From Bacteroidaceae bacterium (GTDB lineage: Bacteria > Bacteroidota > Bacteroidia > Bacteroidales > Bacteroidaceae), in the NCBI GenBank assembly GCA_024699495.1, contig JAILPK010000036.1, positions 36,566 through 100,565 of the forward strand: a stretch of DNA of 64,000 nucleotides, read 5' to 3'. This document shows positions 11,107 through 22,339 of the stretch, piece after piece. The notes beneath the pieces are model-generated. The model made no database searches and was not told the origin of the DNA. It saw only the letters and a list, made by a program, of their open reading frames with translations. Position 1 is the stretch's first letter. The number at the start of each line of letters is the position of its first letter. The position numbers and the translations under genes were made by a program.

Positions 11107-11673
11107 TTAGTTGCACCCACCGCCGCAGCCGCCGCAGCCACCGCCGCAGTCACCAACGCCGCAGTCGCCGCAACCACCGCCGCAACCGCCGCAGCTGGCC
11201 TCCTGCAGAGCCTCCCTGATTTCCTCTGGGGTAGCTTCGCGGTTTTCAAGTATCTTGCCCGTGAAGCGGAGTTCCTTGCCGGCAAGCGGATTGTTGAGGT
11301 CAACGGTTACGGTGCTGTCTGTCACCTGTGATACCGTGCCCGGAAAATGTTGTCCTTCAGCATTCATAAGAGGCACTACAGCCCCCTCATAGATACGTGT
11401 GGCGTCAAACTTGCCGTCGATTTCGAATGCCGAGCGGGGCAATTCCTGAACCAGTTCTTGCATGTGTGGGCCGTAAGCCTCATCCACCGACAGGGTGAAG
11501 TCAAAATTCTGTCCCTTCTCCACATCCAAGAGGTGTAATTCAAAAGAATCGAGGGTTATACCGAGTCCTGAAATAAAACTGAATGGGTGTTTGTCGGTGG
11601 CTTCTTCGACCATTTCAGCATCTGCCGAGCCGCTGTCATACAGGCAGTATGCCACTGTGATATATTTATTCAT
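11107..11673 (-). CDS. FKBP-type peptidyl-prolyl isomerase, SlyD-like, with a C-terminal Cys/Gly-rich tail
   Basis: FKBP/IF-domain layout (DLNNPLAGKELRFTGKI). The C-terminus is SCGGCGGGCGDCGVGDCGGGCGGCGGGCN. Confidence 0.8.
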   Translation of the reverse strand: MNKYITVAYCLYDSGSADAEMVEEATDKHPFSFISGLGITLDSFELHLLDVEKGQNFDFTLSVDEAYGPHMQELVQELPRSAFEIDGKFDATRIYEGAVVPLMNAEGQHFPGTVSQVTDSTVTVDLNNPLAGKELRFTGKILENREATPEEIREALQEASCGGCGGGCGDCGVGDCGGGCGGCGGGCN

Positions 11674-11816
11674 AATTAAAATGTTGCAAACCGGTTCTGA
11701 GTGCAGATGGCGTATCCTGTATATATCCCCGGCTTGACTCCTACTTGATGATTGATTTCGTTACAATTGCGTTTTCCGGCTGCAAAGATATTCAAAATTA
11801 TTGATATCAGCGCTAT

Positions 11817-14690
11817 TCACCGCAAACAATCTTTCATTCGGCGCGTAGCTTTTTCTATCATATCCATAGTCCCGCTACCGTCACTCACGTATTTAATTAC
11901 CATTTCGCCATATTCCAGAGCCTCATCCAGAGCCTTGGTACGCGTTGCACGTGCCCTGCCCTTCTCCATAAGCTGGAACAGCTCGTCCATATCCTCGAGC
12001 TCCGGGAGATTGCCCGGCCGCATGGTGTTTATAGCGGCATTAAGCTGAGCCGCGGCGTGGTTCACAGCCTCCTGACTGGTGTTAGCGTCAGGGTTGTCCA
12101 ACGTGCTTTGAGCCTGCGCCAACTGGGTCATCATGCGCTCGTACCCATGTCGCGCCCAAGGTGCATATTCAGGCACCTTCACACTCATCTCATTCCATCT
12201 GTTCTGTGCATCGCGGCGGCTTTTGGCCTCGGCAATAAGTTCGCGCAGCGCGGACACATCCACACCTTCGGCCGAATCTGCATCCACAGCAACCGGTGTG
12301 CCAGGCATCTGAAGACGGAAGAAATGCGTGATACCGCGGTTGCCGTCGTAGTCGGGAAGAATCTGAACGTCAGGATTTGAGGCAAGTGCGGCAAAGCCGT
12401 TGTCTGCAGCCGAAGCAGAGCCTGTGACATCCACGATGGCGTCCTGCCAGTTCTTTATCCCTGTGGCAGCCAACACCAAGGGGCCTCGCATGAAAGCGCC
12501 GAGCCAAAGAGGTTCAAAAGGAGTGTGAGTCTCGTTTTTACCCGTTGCTGCAATCTCCATCTTATCAGGTCCAAAATCGAGATGCAGGGAGAAGGGCATC
12601 TCCACCTCCACACAGTCACCTTCTTTCCATTGGCGCTCCGAGATGGTAAGATAACTGCCGGGCCGGCAATCACGCGCCACCGTCTCGCCGTTGAGTTTCA
12701 CAGCAAAGCCCTTTGTTGCCCAATATGGCACGCGCAGCTTCATGGCGAAGCGGGCCTTACCCTTGCCTATGGTTATCTTGGTGCGTTCGGCCGGCCATTC
12801 ACATTCCTGTCTCAAGGACACCTTTTTCGCGTCCCAACGGGCTTCGGTGGGCAGATACAGGGCCACCCAGATGGTGTTGTCCGAAACAAAATAGGCCGCT
12901 TCCTGGTATTTCACGTGGTTCTCGGCTCCCGTCCCGCCGCAGCAGGTGCTCTGCGGAGTCTCGTTTCCCCAAGGTTTGGAGGCGTTTAGTCCAACAGCAT
13001 ACTGATAAACTGTGGCATAATGGCGAGGGTTGACAGAACCGACAATCTGATTATATAGCACACGTTCATAATAGTCCATATATGCGGCCTTGTCCGGGTT
13101 GAAGGAATTGAGGTCCTTGGTCAGTTTTGCCAGATTGTAGGCGCAGCATGTCTCATTGATAGTTGGTTCTGGGTAGAAGTTGCGCCGCCCGTCGCCAGTG
13201 ACGTTTGTGCACATCGAAAGCATCTGAGTGTAAGGCTGTCTGAACATCTCGCCATTGCCCACACCCCCCATGGCATATCTGTAGCGCCCCTGAACCATAG
13301 TCCAGAAATTCTCGGCCAAATTGTAATAATAAGGCTTCGCATTGGAACGGAACGAGCGCAGAGCGCCGGTAACCATAGGAATATGCTGGTTGGCATGGCG
13401 GGTGCGTATAGCATCGATATTGCGTGCAAGAGGGTCGAAGAATGCCGGACTGTCAAAGCAGTTGGCTGCTTCGAGCAGGCGTTCCTTGTCCTGTTTATCG
13501 GATACCATCTCTGAGAGGCGTGACAGACTCTCTTCCATTCCACCCACCTCGCCGGCAATATACATATTCCACATCTCATAGCGGTTTCCGGGGCGGCTGC
13601 GGCGCTCGGCCTGCGTGCCGTCATTCTTGACGTAGGTGCGGTAATGCATGCGGTTCCACACCCAAAGGCCCATGTCCTTAGCTATGAGCAGGGCTTTTTT
13701 GGATATCTTCTTGTCGTCCACATAATTGGCGATGTCAATGAGTCCGGCCAACTGTTTATGCACAGAGTAATACGGAGCCCAAACCCACTGCTCGTTGTTG
13801 TATGCCCTATACATCTCGATAAGGACGCAGTGCTGGGCCGGAATGGCATTTATATAGCCATAGCCATAACTGGCATATTCCTGTTTATAGCGGTCAAAAT
13901 CGGCCCAACTGCCCTTCATTTCCCGCAGTTCGGCCTCGGGTGCGAAGTCGCGGGCCTCACGGTAGCGTCCCAATTCCTTGTCCCAAACGAAAGTGCGTTC
14001 CTGGCATTCGCGGAGTTGGTTGACCATCAGAGTTATGCGTTCAAGCAGTTGTCTGCGCTTTCCGGCATCTGGACATGATGCATAGGCAAAGGCAAGGGCA
14101 CTCATATAATGTCCCGAACCGTGACCTTTGAGTTTTGTGGTTGGGGAATCCCATCCGTCGGCTTTCGGATACCCTTCTGTGGACAGTCCGTAAGTGTCGC
14201 GATAGTTGTAAAGTTGCTGCTTTACGTCCAAAGCCAGCAGGTTGTCGATATCCAGGTCACGATTATGTGTGAGGCGGTTCTCACCGATTAGAATCACCTT
14301 GTTCAGAGGGAGGGGTTCGGCTGCGGGCACGTTCGAAGGGACTTGGTCTGCCGATGCCTTCACCGTCACATGAGCCATCACAGGATATCCGGCTGTAGAA
14401 CTGTTATCGCCGATGATGAATCCGCGCACCTCATAGGAGCTACCAGCGGGAGTCTGCCCGGCATCAGCCAGCCTCTTCTCCTCATTCAAGCTGGAGTTAG
14501 ACCATCTGACCTGCCTGTATTCAGCGCTCCCGTCGCTGTATTTAACCCACAGTCTATAGGGCAGGCGGGGTGCGGTGCCCTCGGGACATTGAACATTAAC
14601 AGCCTCGATGGCTGTAATGGCGGGTTGAGCCATCATAGCCATCGAGCATAAAAACATCGATATTGCAGGAATTACCCTTTCGATTCTCAT
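11817..14690 (-). CDS. Secreted glycoside hydrolase, GH127/GH146-like (DUF1680, beta-L-arabinofuranosidase family), with extra N- and C-terminal domains
   Basis: It has a signal peptide. The ETCCAYN and STCCGGTG motifs resemble the Glu/Cys and Cys-Cys zinc/catalytic motifs of GH127. The family assignment is by eye only. Confidence 0.6.
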   Translation of the reverse strand: MRIERVIPAISMFLCSMAMMAQPAITAIEAVNVQCPEGTAPRLPYRLWVKYSDGSAEYRQVRWSNSSLNEEKRLADAGQTPAGSSYEVRGFIIGDNSSTAGYPVMAHVTVKASADQVPSNVPAAEPLPLNKVILIGENRLTHNRDLDIDNLLALDVKQQLYNYRDTYGLSTEGYPKADGWDSPTTKLKGHGSGHYMSALAFAYASCPDAGKRRQLLERITLMVNQLRECQERTFVWDKELGRYREARDFAPEAELREMKGSWADFDRYKQEYASYGYGYINAIPAQHCVLIEMYRAYNNEQWVWAPYYSVHKQLAGLIDIANYVDDKKISKKALLIAKDMGLWVWNRMHYRTYVKNDGTQAERRSRPGNRYEMWNMYIAGEVGGMEESLSRLSEMVSDKQDKERLLEAANCFDSPAFFDPLARNIDAIRTRHANQHIPMVTGALRSFRSNAKPYYYNLAENFWTMVQGRYRYAMGGVGNGEMFRQPYTQMLSMCTNVTGDGRRNFYPEPTINETCCAYNLAKLTKDLNSFNPDKAAYMDYYERVLYNQIVGSVNPRHYATVYQYAVGLNASKPWGNETPQSTCCGGTGAENHVKYQEAAYFVSDNTIWVALYLPTEARWDAKKVSLRQECEWPAERTKITIGKGKARFAMKLRVPYWATKGFAVKLNGETVARDCRPGSYLTISERQWKEGDCVEVEMPFSLHLDFGPDKMEIAATGKNETHTPFEPLWLGAFMRGPLVLAATGIKNWQDAIVDVTGSASAADNGFAALASNPDVQILPDYDGNRGITHFFRLQMPGTPVAVDADSAEGVDVSALRELIAEAKSRRDAQNRWNEMSVKVPEYAPWARHGYERMMTQLAQAQSTLDNPDANTSQEAVNHAAAQLNAAINTMRPGNLPELEDMDELFQLMEKGRARATRTKALDEALEYGEMVIKYVSDGSGTMDMIEKATRRMKDCLR

Positions 14691-14712
14691 ATAGTCTCTT
14701 TTAGTTGTTGTA

Positions 14713-16704
14713 TTATAGAGGATGATATTCTACGAACGCCTCCATTGCCTCGTATGCAGCCAGACCGAGAGACTTGTAAAGCTCGGCTGTGGCGTGGTTG
14801 CGATCCTCAGAGCGCTGCCAGAACAGACGTTCATCGTTGCCCAGGAAGGGGGCGCTCTCCATCTGCGACTGGTGCTTCAGAATGGCGTTTCGCTTAGTGC
14901 GCAGTTCCTCCGGGCTGATTGGAACCACCATCTCTATATGCTCAATCTCCCATTCTGCCCAGGCTCCGCGATACATCCAAATGCGGCAGTCCTTCAGCCA
15001 TTTGGCTCCGGCTTCCTTCTCCAGATCGATGGCTGCCAGCACCGCATCTGTGCATACGCGATGGGTGCCATGCGGGTCAGCGAGGTCGCCGGCCACAAAT
15101 ATCTGATGCGGCTGTACCTCCTGCAACAGGGCGCGCACGATTTCCACATCGGCCTCGGAGATTGGATTCTTCTGTATCTTGCCCGTCTCATAGAAGGGGA
15201 GGTTGAGGAAATGTACGTGATCCAGTTTCAGTCCGCTGTAGAGGCTGGCTATGCGTGCCTCGCCACGGCGAATCAGCCCCTTCAGCGCGAGGATGTCGGC
15301 TGTGTCCATGTCGTCAGCTGTTTTGTTTCTGAGGAAAGAACCGATTTCCTTGTCCTTTTGGGCAATCACCTCATTCTTCGACTCGTTGAAGAGCTTGTCG
15401 AAGCCACGGATGAAATGCATGAATCTGAACACCTCCTCGTCGCCCACAGCGATATTTCCGCTTGTCTCGTAGGCTACGTGCACGTCATGCTTCTGGGCTA
15501 CGAGGCGCTGCAGCGTCCCTCCCATGGAGATGACATCGTCGTCGGGGTGCGGAGAGAAGATAATAACCCGCTTCGGGAATGGTTTGGCGCGCTCGGGCCG
15601 CATGGAGTCGTCGGCGTTTGGTTTGCCGCCAGGCCATCCGGTGATGGTGTGCTGCAGGTCGTTGAAGATCTTTATGTTCACCTGATAAGCAGAGCCGTAA
15701 ATGGCAAGCAGCTCGCCCAACCCATGCTGATTATAGTCTTTGTTGGTGAGCTTCAGGATTGGTTTGCCGGTACGCTCGCACAGCCACACAATTGCAGAAC
15801 GGATCAGTTTGTCGGTCCAGTCGCACGACGTTACGAGCCAAGGGCGCTGGATTCGTGTCAGATGGGCAGCCGACGAGAGATCGAGGACCACCTGCACGTT
15901 GTTGTGCATCTGCAGGAAGGTGGCGCTCTGGGCATCGTTCATCTCGCCCTCTACAGCGTTCTTGATTACATCGGCTTTTTCCTCACCCCAGGCTAAGAGG
16001 AATATCTTGCGGGCCTGACGGATAGTGCTTATTCCCATCGTTATAGCACAAATAGGCACATTTGGTTCTGAGCCGAACACCTTGACGGCCTCGTTGCGGC
16101 TGGTCGGATCGAGGAGAACCAGACGGGTGTGCGAGTTGCGCTGCGAACCGGTGACATTCAGGGCTATGTTACCCATGCGTCCGATTCCGAGCAGCATGAT
16201 GTCAATGCCTCCGAGCTGTTCTATGATGTTCTCGTAGGCCATGCAATGCTCGTTCACCTTCTCCTGGGGGATTGAACCATCCAGAGGATAGATGTTCTGG
16301 GCCGGGATGTCAACACGGTTGAAGAACTGCTCCTTGAGCGTGTTCAGGTTGCTTGCTGTTGCATCTGCTGCCAGCGGATAATACTCGTATGTGACGAATA
16401 CCACCACATTATGGAAACTGAGCCCCTCCTCCTCATGCATACGGATCAGTTGGTTGAACACCTCCGTAAGGGTTGCGCCACCGGAAAAAGCCATTGTGCA
16501 TGCCCGTATCTCCTGCTGGCGCTTGCGGATGGTCTGTGCAATCTTTAGAGCCACTTCGTAAGCTCCCTCTTCTGCATTTGCATAGATGTCCGTAGGTAGT
16601 TTCTCGAATCGGGTGAGAACGCTCCGTTCGATATTTCCTCCCGGACGATAGTAACGTTGTGATACGCGGTCAAGCGTAATTTGCGAACTTAAATTGGTCT
16701 TCAT
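14713..16704 (-). CDS. nagB: Long-form glucosamine-6-phosphate deaminase (NagB domain fused to a LmbE/PIG-L deacetylase-like domain)
   Basis: The N-terminal half is NagB-like. The C-terminal half carries the IIFSPHPDDDVISMGGTL PIG-L motif. A 663-aa architecture is typical of Bacteroidales. Confidence 0.85.
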   Translation of the reverse strand: MKTNLSSQITLDRVSQRYYRPGGNIERSVLTRFEKLPTDIYANAEEGAYEVALKIAQTIRKRQQEIRACTMAFSGGATLTEVFNQLIRMHEEEGLSFHNVVVFVTYEYYPLAADATASNLNTLKEQFFNRVDIPAQNIYPLDGSIPQEKVNEHCMAYENIIEQLGGIDIMLLGIGRMGNIALNVTGSQRNSHTRLVLLDPTSRNEAVKVFGSEPNVPICAITMGISTIRQARKIFLLAWGEEKADVIKNAVEGEMNDAQSATFLQMHNNVQVVLDLSSAAHLTRIQRPWLVTSCDWTDKLIRSAIVWLCERTGKPILKLTNKDYNQHGLGELLAIYGSAYQVNIKIFNDLQHTITGWPGGKPNADDSMRPERAKPFPKRVIIFSPHPDDDVISMGGTLQRLVAQKHDVHVAYETSGNIAVGDEEVFRFMHFIRGFDKLFNESKNEVIAQKDKEIGSFLRNKTADDMDTADILALKGLIRRGEARIASLYSGLKLDHVHFLNLPFYETGKIQKNPISEADVEIVRALLQEVQPHQIFVAGDLADPHGTHRVCTDAVLAAIDLEKEAGAKWLKDCRIWMYRGAWAEWEIEHIEMVVPISPEELRTKRNAILKHQSQMESAPFLGNDERLFWQRSEDRNHATAELYKSLGLAAYEAMEAFVEYHPL

Positions 16705-16753
16705 GATGAAGTTGTTAGTAGTTTATAGATTTGATTAATTGCATAATTGCCTA

Positions 16754-16761
16754 CAAAGCTA
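16754..16761 (-). promoter_or_regulatory. -7 promoter box (TAGCTTTG on the - strand) for the nagB/GH127-like operon
   Basis: TAnnTTTG match 50 nt upstream of the nagB ATG. Confidence 0.4.
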
Positions 16762-16847
16762 CTCCCAATGTGTTTCGCAGCCAAATCCAATTTGTTTTTT
16801 TAGGTTTATTTAACGCAGGCACATCCTGACTCTTCAATTATTCAATG

Positions 16848-16855
16848 TATCTTTG
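16848..16855 (+). promoter_or_regulatory. -7 promoter box (TATCTTTG)
   Basis: TAnnTTTG match 41 nt upstream of the ATG at 16896. Confidence 0.5.
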
Positions 16856-16895
16856 CGCAAATTTCATTTACTTACATCAAGAAAAGCAAAAAAAG

Positions 16896-18395
16896 ATGAG
16901 ACGTTTTCTTCTCGCCACCATCGTCTGTATGGCATGCTTCACCATTGCAGCACAGAACCCCAAACGCGAATTCCGTGGAGCCTGGATTCAGGCCGTCAAC
17001 GGACAATGGCAAGGCATCGGGCGCGATGCTATGCAAGCCGAACTGACCCGCGAATTAGACACTCTGCAGGCCGACGGCATAAATGCCATTCTCTTCCAGT
17101 GCCGCGTTGAGGGAGACGCCCTCTACCAGAGCGACATAGAACCCTGGAGCCGATACCTCACAGGGCAGCAGGGCACTCCCCCCTCCCCCTACTGGGACCC
17201 GCTCGCCTGGATGGTGGAGCAATGCCACGCCCGGGGGATGGAGATTCACGCCTGGATAAACCCCTTCAGAGCTAAGACCAAGGGTACCAAAGAGGCCGCC
17301 TCTACACACATCTGCGCCCAGCACCCGGAGCGCTGTTTCGAGTATGACAACATGCTCATCATGGATCCGGGACTGCCTGAGAACCGCGAATATATATGCA
17401 AGGTGACGGCCGACATAGTGGAGAGATATGATATCGACGGGCTGCATATCGACGATTACTTCTACCCCTACCCCGTCAATGGCAAGCCAATCCCTGACGA
17501 AGCCACATACCGCAAATACGGCGCAGGGATGGAACTCACCGACTGGCGCCGCGCTAACGTCAACCAGTTCATGCGAGAGCTCTTCGAGGCCATTCGCATC
17601 ACCAAACCCTGGGTCAAATTCGGAGTCTCCCCATTCGGAATATACCGTAACCGTAGTTCATGGTCAGACGGCTCCAACACCAGCGGACTGCAGAATTACG
17701 ACAACCTGTATGCCGACGTTCTACTTTGGATAAACGAGGGAATTATCGACTATAACATCCCCCAAATCTACTGGGAAATAGGCAACAAGGCCGCTGACTA
17801 CGAGACCCTGATCCGATGGTGGAACGACCACGCCGGACAACGTCCTCTCTATATCGGGCAGGACGTGGAGCGCACTGTAGCCAAGCCCGACAAGGTTAAC
17901 CCCAATACCCATCAGATGGTTACCAAATACACTTGGCAGCGCTCACTTCCCGCAGTTTTCGGCTCCTGCCAGTGGTATGCACGCGCCGTAGTTGACAACA
18001 AAGGACAATATGGCTCCATTCTGCGCCATTATTACCACAACACACCTGCTCTCCAACCTTCCATGCCTTGGATAGACAAGAACAGACCGGGCAAACCCCG
18101 TAAACTCGCAGTGGTGCAGACCAGCCTCGGGCCGCGGCTCTTCTGGACCGCCCCCAAGACCGGCCGCAAGCCTCTGCAGAAGATTATGGATTCAGCCCGC
18201 CAGTTCGTCGTTTACCGTTTTGGCCCTGATGAAAAAGTGAATCTCGAGAGCACAAACAACATCATTGCCATCACCAATGACAACAACATCCCCCTCCCCG
18301 AACGTGTCGGAAACACAAAATACACATACGTCGTCACGGCTCTGGACCGCCTTCACAACGAAAGCAAGGGGGCAAAGATAAAAATAAAACTATAA
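16896..18395 (+). CDS. Glycosyl hydrolase-like 10 (GHL10/DUF187, YngK-like) secreted protein
   Basis: MRRFLLATIVCMACFTIAAQ signal peptide followed by EFRGAWI...GINAILFQ...HAWINPF...DGLHIDDYFYP, typical of the GHL10 family. Confidence 0.75.
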   Translation: MRRFLLATIVCMACFTIAAQNPKREFRGAWIQAVNGQWQGIGRDAMQAELTRELDTLQADGINAILFQCRVEGDALYQSDIEPWSRYLTGQQGTPPSPYWDPLAWMVEQCHARGMEIHAWINPFRAKTKGTKEAASTHICAQHPERCFEYDNMLIMDPGLPENREYICKVTADIVERYDIDGLHIDDYFYPYPVNGKPIPDEATYRKYGAGMELTDWRRANVNQFMRELFEAIRITKPWVKFGVSPFGIYRNRSSWSDGSNTSGLQNYDNLYADVLLWINEGIIDYNIPQIYWEIGNKAADYETLIRWWNDHAGQRPLYIGQDVERTVAKPDKVNPNTHQMVTKYTWQRSLPAVFGSCQWYARAVVDNKGQYGSILRHYYHNTPALQPSMPWIDKNRPGKPRKLAVVQTSLGPRLFWTAPKTGRKPLQKIMDSARQFVVYRFGPDEKVNLESTNNIIAITNDNNIPLPERVGNTKYTYVVTALDRLHNESKGAKIKIKL

Positions 18396-18579
18396 TTCTA
18401 CCGCAGAGACAAACACACTACCTGGTCGGATAGTCCCAGAGCCGTTATCGCCTCCAGTCCGAGCTGAACTTTTGAGTTCTTTAAATGTGTCCCCATTGCG
18501 CCAGTCTTTTTTCTGTCGTTAATAAATAAAAACTAAACGGGTAAACGCCGCTCTGCACCCTTCGATAAGAATTCTGAAA

Positions 18580-21468
18580 ATGGATTTCATTCACATACAC
18601 AAAGCCCGGGCCAATAACCTCAAGAACGTCACTATCGACATTCCGAGAGAGAAACTGGTTGTGGTTACCGGGCTCAGCGGTTCGGGAAAATCCTCTCTGG
18701 CTTTCGACACCCTCTATGCTGAAGGCCAGCGGCGCTATGTAGAGAGCCTGAATGCCTATGCGCGGCAGTTCCTGGGCCGAATGAGCAAACCAGAATGTGA
18801 TTATATCAACGGTATTCCGCCGGCCATCGCCATCGAACAGAAAGTGATTTCGCGCAACCCGCGAAGCACAGTAGGCACAAGCACAGAAATCTACGAGTAC
18901 CTGCGTCTGCTTTTCGCCCGCATCGGACATACTTTCAGCCCAGTCAGCGGCGAAGAAGTGAAGAAACACACCACCGAGGACGTCCTCCAAACTGCTCTCT
19001 CATATACGCCCGGCACGCGATTCCTCGTGCTTTGTCCGGTTCTGATACACGAGGGACGCACCCTCGAAGAGCAGCTGCAGGCATACCTCCAGGAGGGATA
19101 TACCCGCATCGAGCGCAGCGGCGACATCATACGCATCGAAGACCTCCTGACAACTGCCGACATACCGCCGCAGCAGCAGTTACGACTGCTCATCGACCGT
19201 CTTTCGGTGAGCAACGAAAAAGAGACTATGTCACGTCTGGTGGACTCCGCCGAGACCGCCTTCTATGAGGGCGGAGGCGAGATGATGCTGAAATTTATGC
19301 CTGCAGGAATAGAACACGTCTTCTCCACCAGATTCGAGGCCGACGGGATAGTGTTTGAAGAGCCTTCCGACCAGTTGTTTGCCTTCAACTCGCCCATAGG
19401 GGCATGTCCCACATGCGGCGGATGGGGAAACACAACAGGCATCGACCCGCACCTCGTGATTCCCGATTCGTCCAAGAGCGTCTATGACGGATGTGTGCAG
19501 TGCTGGAGAGGCGAGAAGCTTAGCGAATGGAAAACCGAATTTATCCGTCAGGCAGAGAGCATCAGTTTCCCTGTATTCAAGCCTTATTTCGAGCTGAGCC
19601 GCCAAGAACAAAACATTCTTTGGCACGGAAGATACCCAAATCTTGGACTCGAAGAGCGATGGGAACAAGGAGACGTTTGCATCGATCTCTTCTTCGACTT
19701 CCTGCGCGAAGCGAGATATAAAATTCAGAACCGCGTGATGCTGGCGCGCTATACCGGCAAGGCCGAATGTCCCACCTGCCACGGCACACGCTTGCGCCGC
19801 GAGGCTACATACGTAAAAATCGGCGGTCACGCCATCACAGACCTCATAGACATACCCGTCACCGAACTGGCCCGCTGGGTCAACTCCCTTCAAGACAACT
19901 TGCCGGAGCATGAGCAGCAGGTGGCAAAACGACTCATCACCGAGATTTCCCACCGACTGCAGTATCTCATTGATGTGGGTCTCGGATATCTCACCCTCGG
20001 CCGGCGCTCCAACAGCCTCAGCGGCGGAGAGAGTCAGAGAGTGAACCTCGCCACCAGCCTCGGTTCCTCGCTCGTAGGTTCCCTATATATATTAGACGAG
20101 CCGAGCATCGGACTCCACCCGCGCGACACAGGACGCCTGGTCGGTGTCCTGCGGCAGTTGGTAAACATCGGCAATACAGTCGTTGTGGTGGAGCACGACG
20201 AGGAGATTATCCGCGCCGCCGACTACATCATAGACATGGGGCCGGAAGCTGGCAGACTGGGCGGTGAAGTGGTTTGGGAAGGGCCAGCCTCACAGCTATT
20301 TTCAGCTCAAGGCAAGGATACAGGAAAAACATCTGCCGCCATAACTAAAGATACAGTTCGCCGTTCGCACACTCTGCAATGGCTTCTGGACAAGGAGACA
20401 CCCTCAGACCTCGACACCAACTGCGGATTGCCTGCCGGCGAAGCAGGCATGCGTAGGGTTGCTAACAGGTTTATTACCGTAAAAAGCGCACGCGCAAACA
20501 ACCTCAGAGGCATTGATGTGGACTTTCCCCTAAACGTGATGACATGCGTCACAGGGGTTAGCGGGAGCGGCAAGAGCACGCTGGTGCGCGACATTCTCTT
20601 CCGAGCCCTCAAACGCCATCTCGACGAGATAGCCGACCGCCCAGGTGAATTCGGAGGCCTCAGCGGCGACCTCGATGCCATCAAAGCAGTAGAGTTCGTG
20701 GATCAGAACCCCATAGGCAAAAGCTCGCGTTCCAACCCCGTCATCTACGTCAAGGCATACGACGAAATCCGCCGCCTCTTCGCCGAGCAGCAGCTGTCCA
20801 AACAGATGGGATTCACTGCCGGCCATTTCTCATTCAACACCGATGGCGGACGATGTGAAGAATGCAAGGGAGAGGGAACCGTCACCGTGGAGATGCAGTT
20901 CATGGCCGATTTGGTTCTCGAGTGCGAGAGTTGCCATGGTCTGCGTTTCAAGCCAGAAATCCTCGAGGTGAGATTCGAAGGGCAGAACATCAACGATGTC
21001 CTCAATATGACCGTCAACCAGGCCATCGAGTTCTTCACCGAGCACAAACAGAAGCGCATTGTCTCACGACTCAAACCGCTCCAGGACGTCGGTCTCGGAT
21101 ACATCAAACTCGGGCAGTCGTCTTCCACACTTTCCGGCGGAGAGAGTCAGCGCGTCAAACTCGCCTACTACATCGGAATGGAAAAACAGGTGCCCACCCT
21201 CTTCATCTTCGACGAACCGACCACCGGTCTTCACTATCATGATATACGCCGGCTGCTCTCTTCATTCAACGCTCTGATAGAACGAGGTCACACCATCATC
21301 GTCATCGAGCACAACCTGGATGTGATTATGACAGCAGACCATATAATAGACCTCGGCCCCGAGGGCGGAAATGATGGCGGAAACATCGTAGTTACAGGCA
21401 CTCCTGAACAGGTAGCAGCCTGTCAGACGAGCCACACAGGCAGTTTTTTGAGGGCAAAAATGCAATAA
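18580..21468 (+). CDS. uvrA: Excinuclease ABC subunit A
   Basis: [45 protein letters not shown], two ABC modules and zinc-finger Cys pairs. Confidence 0.9.
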   Translation: MDFIHIHKARANNLKNVTIDIPREKLVVVTGLSGSGKSSLAFDTLYAEGQRRYVESLNAYARQFLGRMSKPECDYINGIPPAIAIEQKVISRNPRSTVGTSTEIYEYLRLLFARIGHTFSPVSGEEVKKHTTEDVLQTALSYTPGTRFLVLCPVLIHEGRTLEEQLQAYLQEGYTRIERSGDIIRIEDLLTTADIPPQQQLRLLIDRLSVSNEKETMSRLVDSAETAFYEGGGEMMLKFMPAGIEHVFSTRFEADGIVFEEPSDQLFAFNSPIGACPTCGGWGNTTGIDPHLVIPDSSKSVYDGCVQCWRGEKLSEWKTEFIRQAESISFPVFKPYFELSRQEQNILWHGRYPNLGLEERWEQGDVCIDLFFDFLREARYKIQNRVMLARYTGKAECPTCHGTRLRREATYVKIGGHAITDLIDIPVTELARWVNSLQDNLPEHEQQVAKRLITEISHRLQYLIDVGLGYLTLGRRSNSLSGGESQRVNLATSLGSSLVGSLYILDEPSIGLHPRDTGRLVGVLRQLVNIGNTVVVVEHDEEIIRAADYIIDMGPEAGRLGGEVVWEGPASQLFSAQGKDTGKTSAAITKDTVRRSHTLQWLLDKETPSDLDTNCGLPAGEAGMRRVANRFITVKSARANNLRGIDVDFPLNVMTCVTGVSGSGKSTLVRDILFRALKRHLDEIADRPGEFGGLSGDLDAIKAVEFVDQNPIGKSSRSNPVIYVKAYDEIRRLFAEQQLSKQMGFTAGHFSFNTDGGRCEECKGEGTVTVEMQFMADLVLECESCHGLRFKPEILEVRFEGQNINDVLNMTVNQAIEFFTEHKQKRIVSRLKPLQDVGLGYIKLGQSSSTLSGGESQRVKLAYYIGMEKQVPTLFIFDEPTTGLHYHDIRRLLSSFNALIERGHTIIVIEHNLDVIMTADHIIDLGPEGGNDGGNIVVTGTPEQVAACQTSHTGSFLRAKMQ

Positions 21469-21570
21469 AATGCAAAAATCCTTGTTCATAAGACAAAAAA
21501 AACATATTTTTACACCCGCAAAACAGACAATCAAACTTTTTTAATTCTTATAAATACAAATTTATTTATT

Positions 21571-22254
21571 ATGAAAAAGTATCTTGCAGAAATGGTTGGC
21601 ACGATGGTCCTCGTGCTCATGGGCTGCGGCACAGCCGTAAGTCTTAACTGCGGTGTAGATCCCGCTTCAGTAATTGGAACCGCTATTGCATTTGGTTTGG
21701 CCGTGGTTGCAATGGCATATACAATCGGTGGCGTCAGCGGCTGCCATATCAATCCCGCTATCACACTCGGTTGCCTGCTCACAAAACGCATCAGCACCAA
21801 GGATGCATGCATGTATATGATTTTCCAAGTCATCGGCGCATTCATCGGCTCTGCATTGCTCTATGCCCTCGTGTCCACATCTCCTGGACTTGCCGAAGGG
21901 ACTACAACCGGCGCTAACGCATGCGCTGCCGGACAGACCAACGGACTGATCGTCGAAGCTGTTCTCACATGCGTATTTGTTCTTGTCGTACTTGGCACCA
22001 CAGACGCCAAGAAAGGCGCTGGCAACTTCGCCGGACTTGCCATCGGTCTCTCACTGATTCTCATCCACCTCGTAGGTATCCACTACACTGGCACCAGCGT
22101 GAATCCCGCACGTTCCATTGCTCCCGCTGTATTCCAGGGTGGCCAGGCTCTCACAGACCTCTGGGTATTCATCGTAGGTCCGTTCATCGGAGCCGCTTGC
22201 GCTGCCGGCATTTGGGCCTGCATCGGAGGCGAATGCGAGAAATGTGAGAAATAA
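21571..22254 (+). CDS. aqpZ: MIP-family aquaporin (AqpZ-like) with a Cys-rich C-terminal tail (CIGGECEKCEK)
   Basis: Two NPA boxes (HINPAIT, VNPARS) and six TM segments. Confidence 0.9.
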   Translation: MKKYLAEMVGTMVLVLMGCGTAVSLNCGVDPASVIGTAIAFGLAVVAMAYTIGGVSGCHINPAITLGCLLTKRISTKDACMYMIFQVIGAFIGSALLYALVSTSPGLAEGTTTGANACAAGQTNGLIVEAVLTCVFVLVVLGTTDAKKGAGNFAGLAIGLSLILIHLVGIHYTGTSVNPARSIAPAVFQGGQALTDLWVFIVGPFIGAACAAGIWACIGGECEKCEK

Positions 22255-22300
22255 ACACTGTTTTTATTCTCAGCCAAAGGGCTGAATACTTACAAATTTA

Positions 22301-22339
22301 ATCCGCAACACTGGGAAACTGGCGTTGCGGATATTTTTT
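22301..22339 (+). terminator. Rho-independent terminator after aqpZ
   Basis: ATCCGCAAC...GTTGCGGAT stem followed by ATTTTTT. Confidence 0.75.

Noticed and set aside
14722-15996. 424-aa ORF on the + strand, and similar long antisense ORFs (1184-2092, 7461-8324, 23039-24025, 38370-39176, 46285-47031, 48020-48694, 50053-50757)
   Set aside because: Each lies entirely inside, and antisense to, a gene with a strong recognisable product (nagB, carA, ilvD, ilvC, cbiJD, cbiA, cobT, ABC-F). Their translations are low-complexity with no motifs, which is typical of shadow ORFs in GC-balanced coding DNA.
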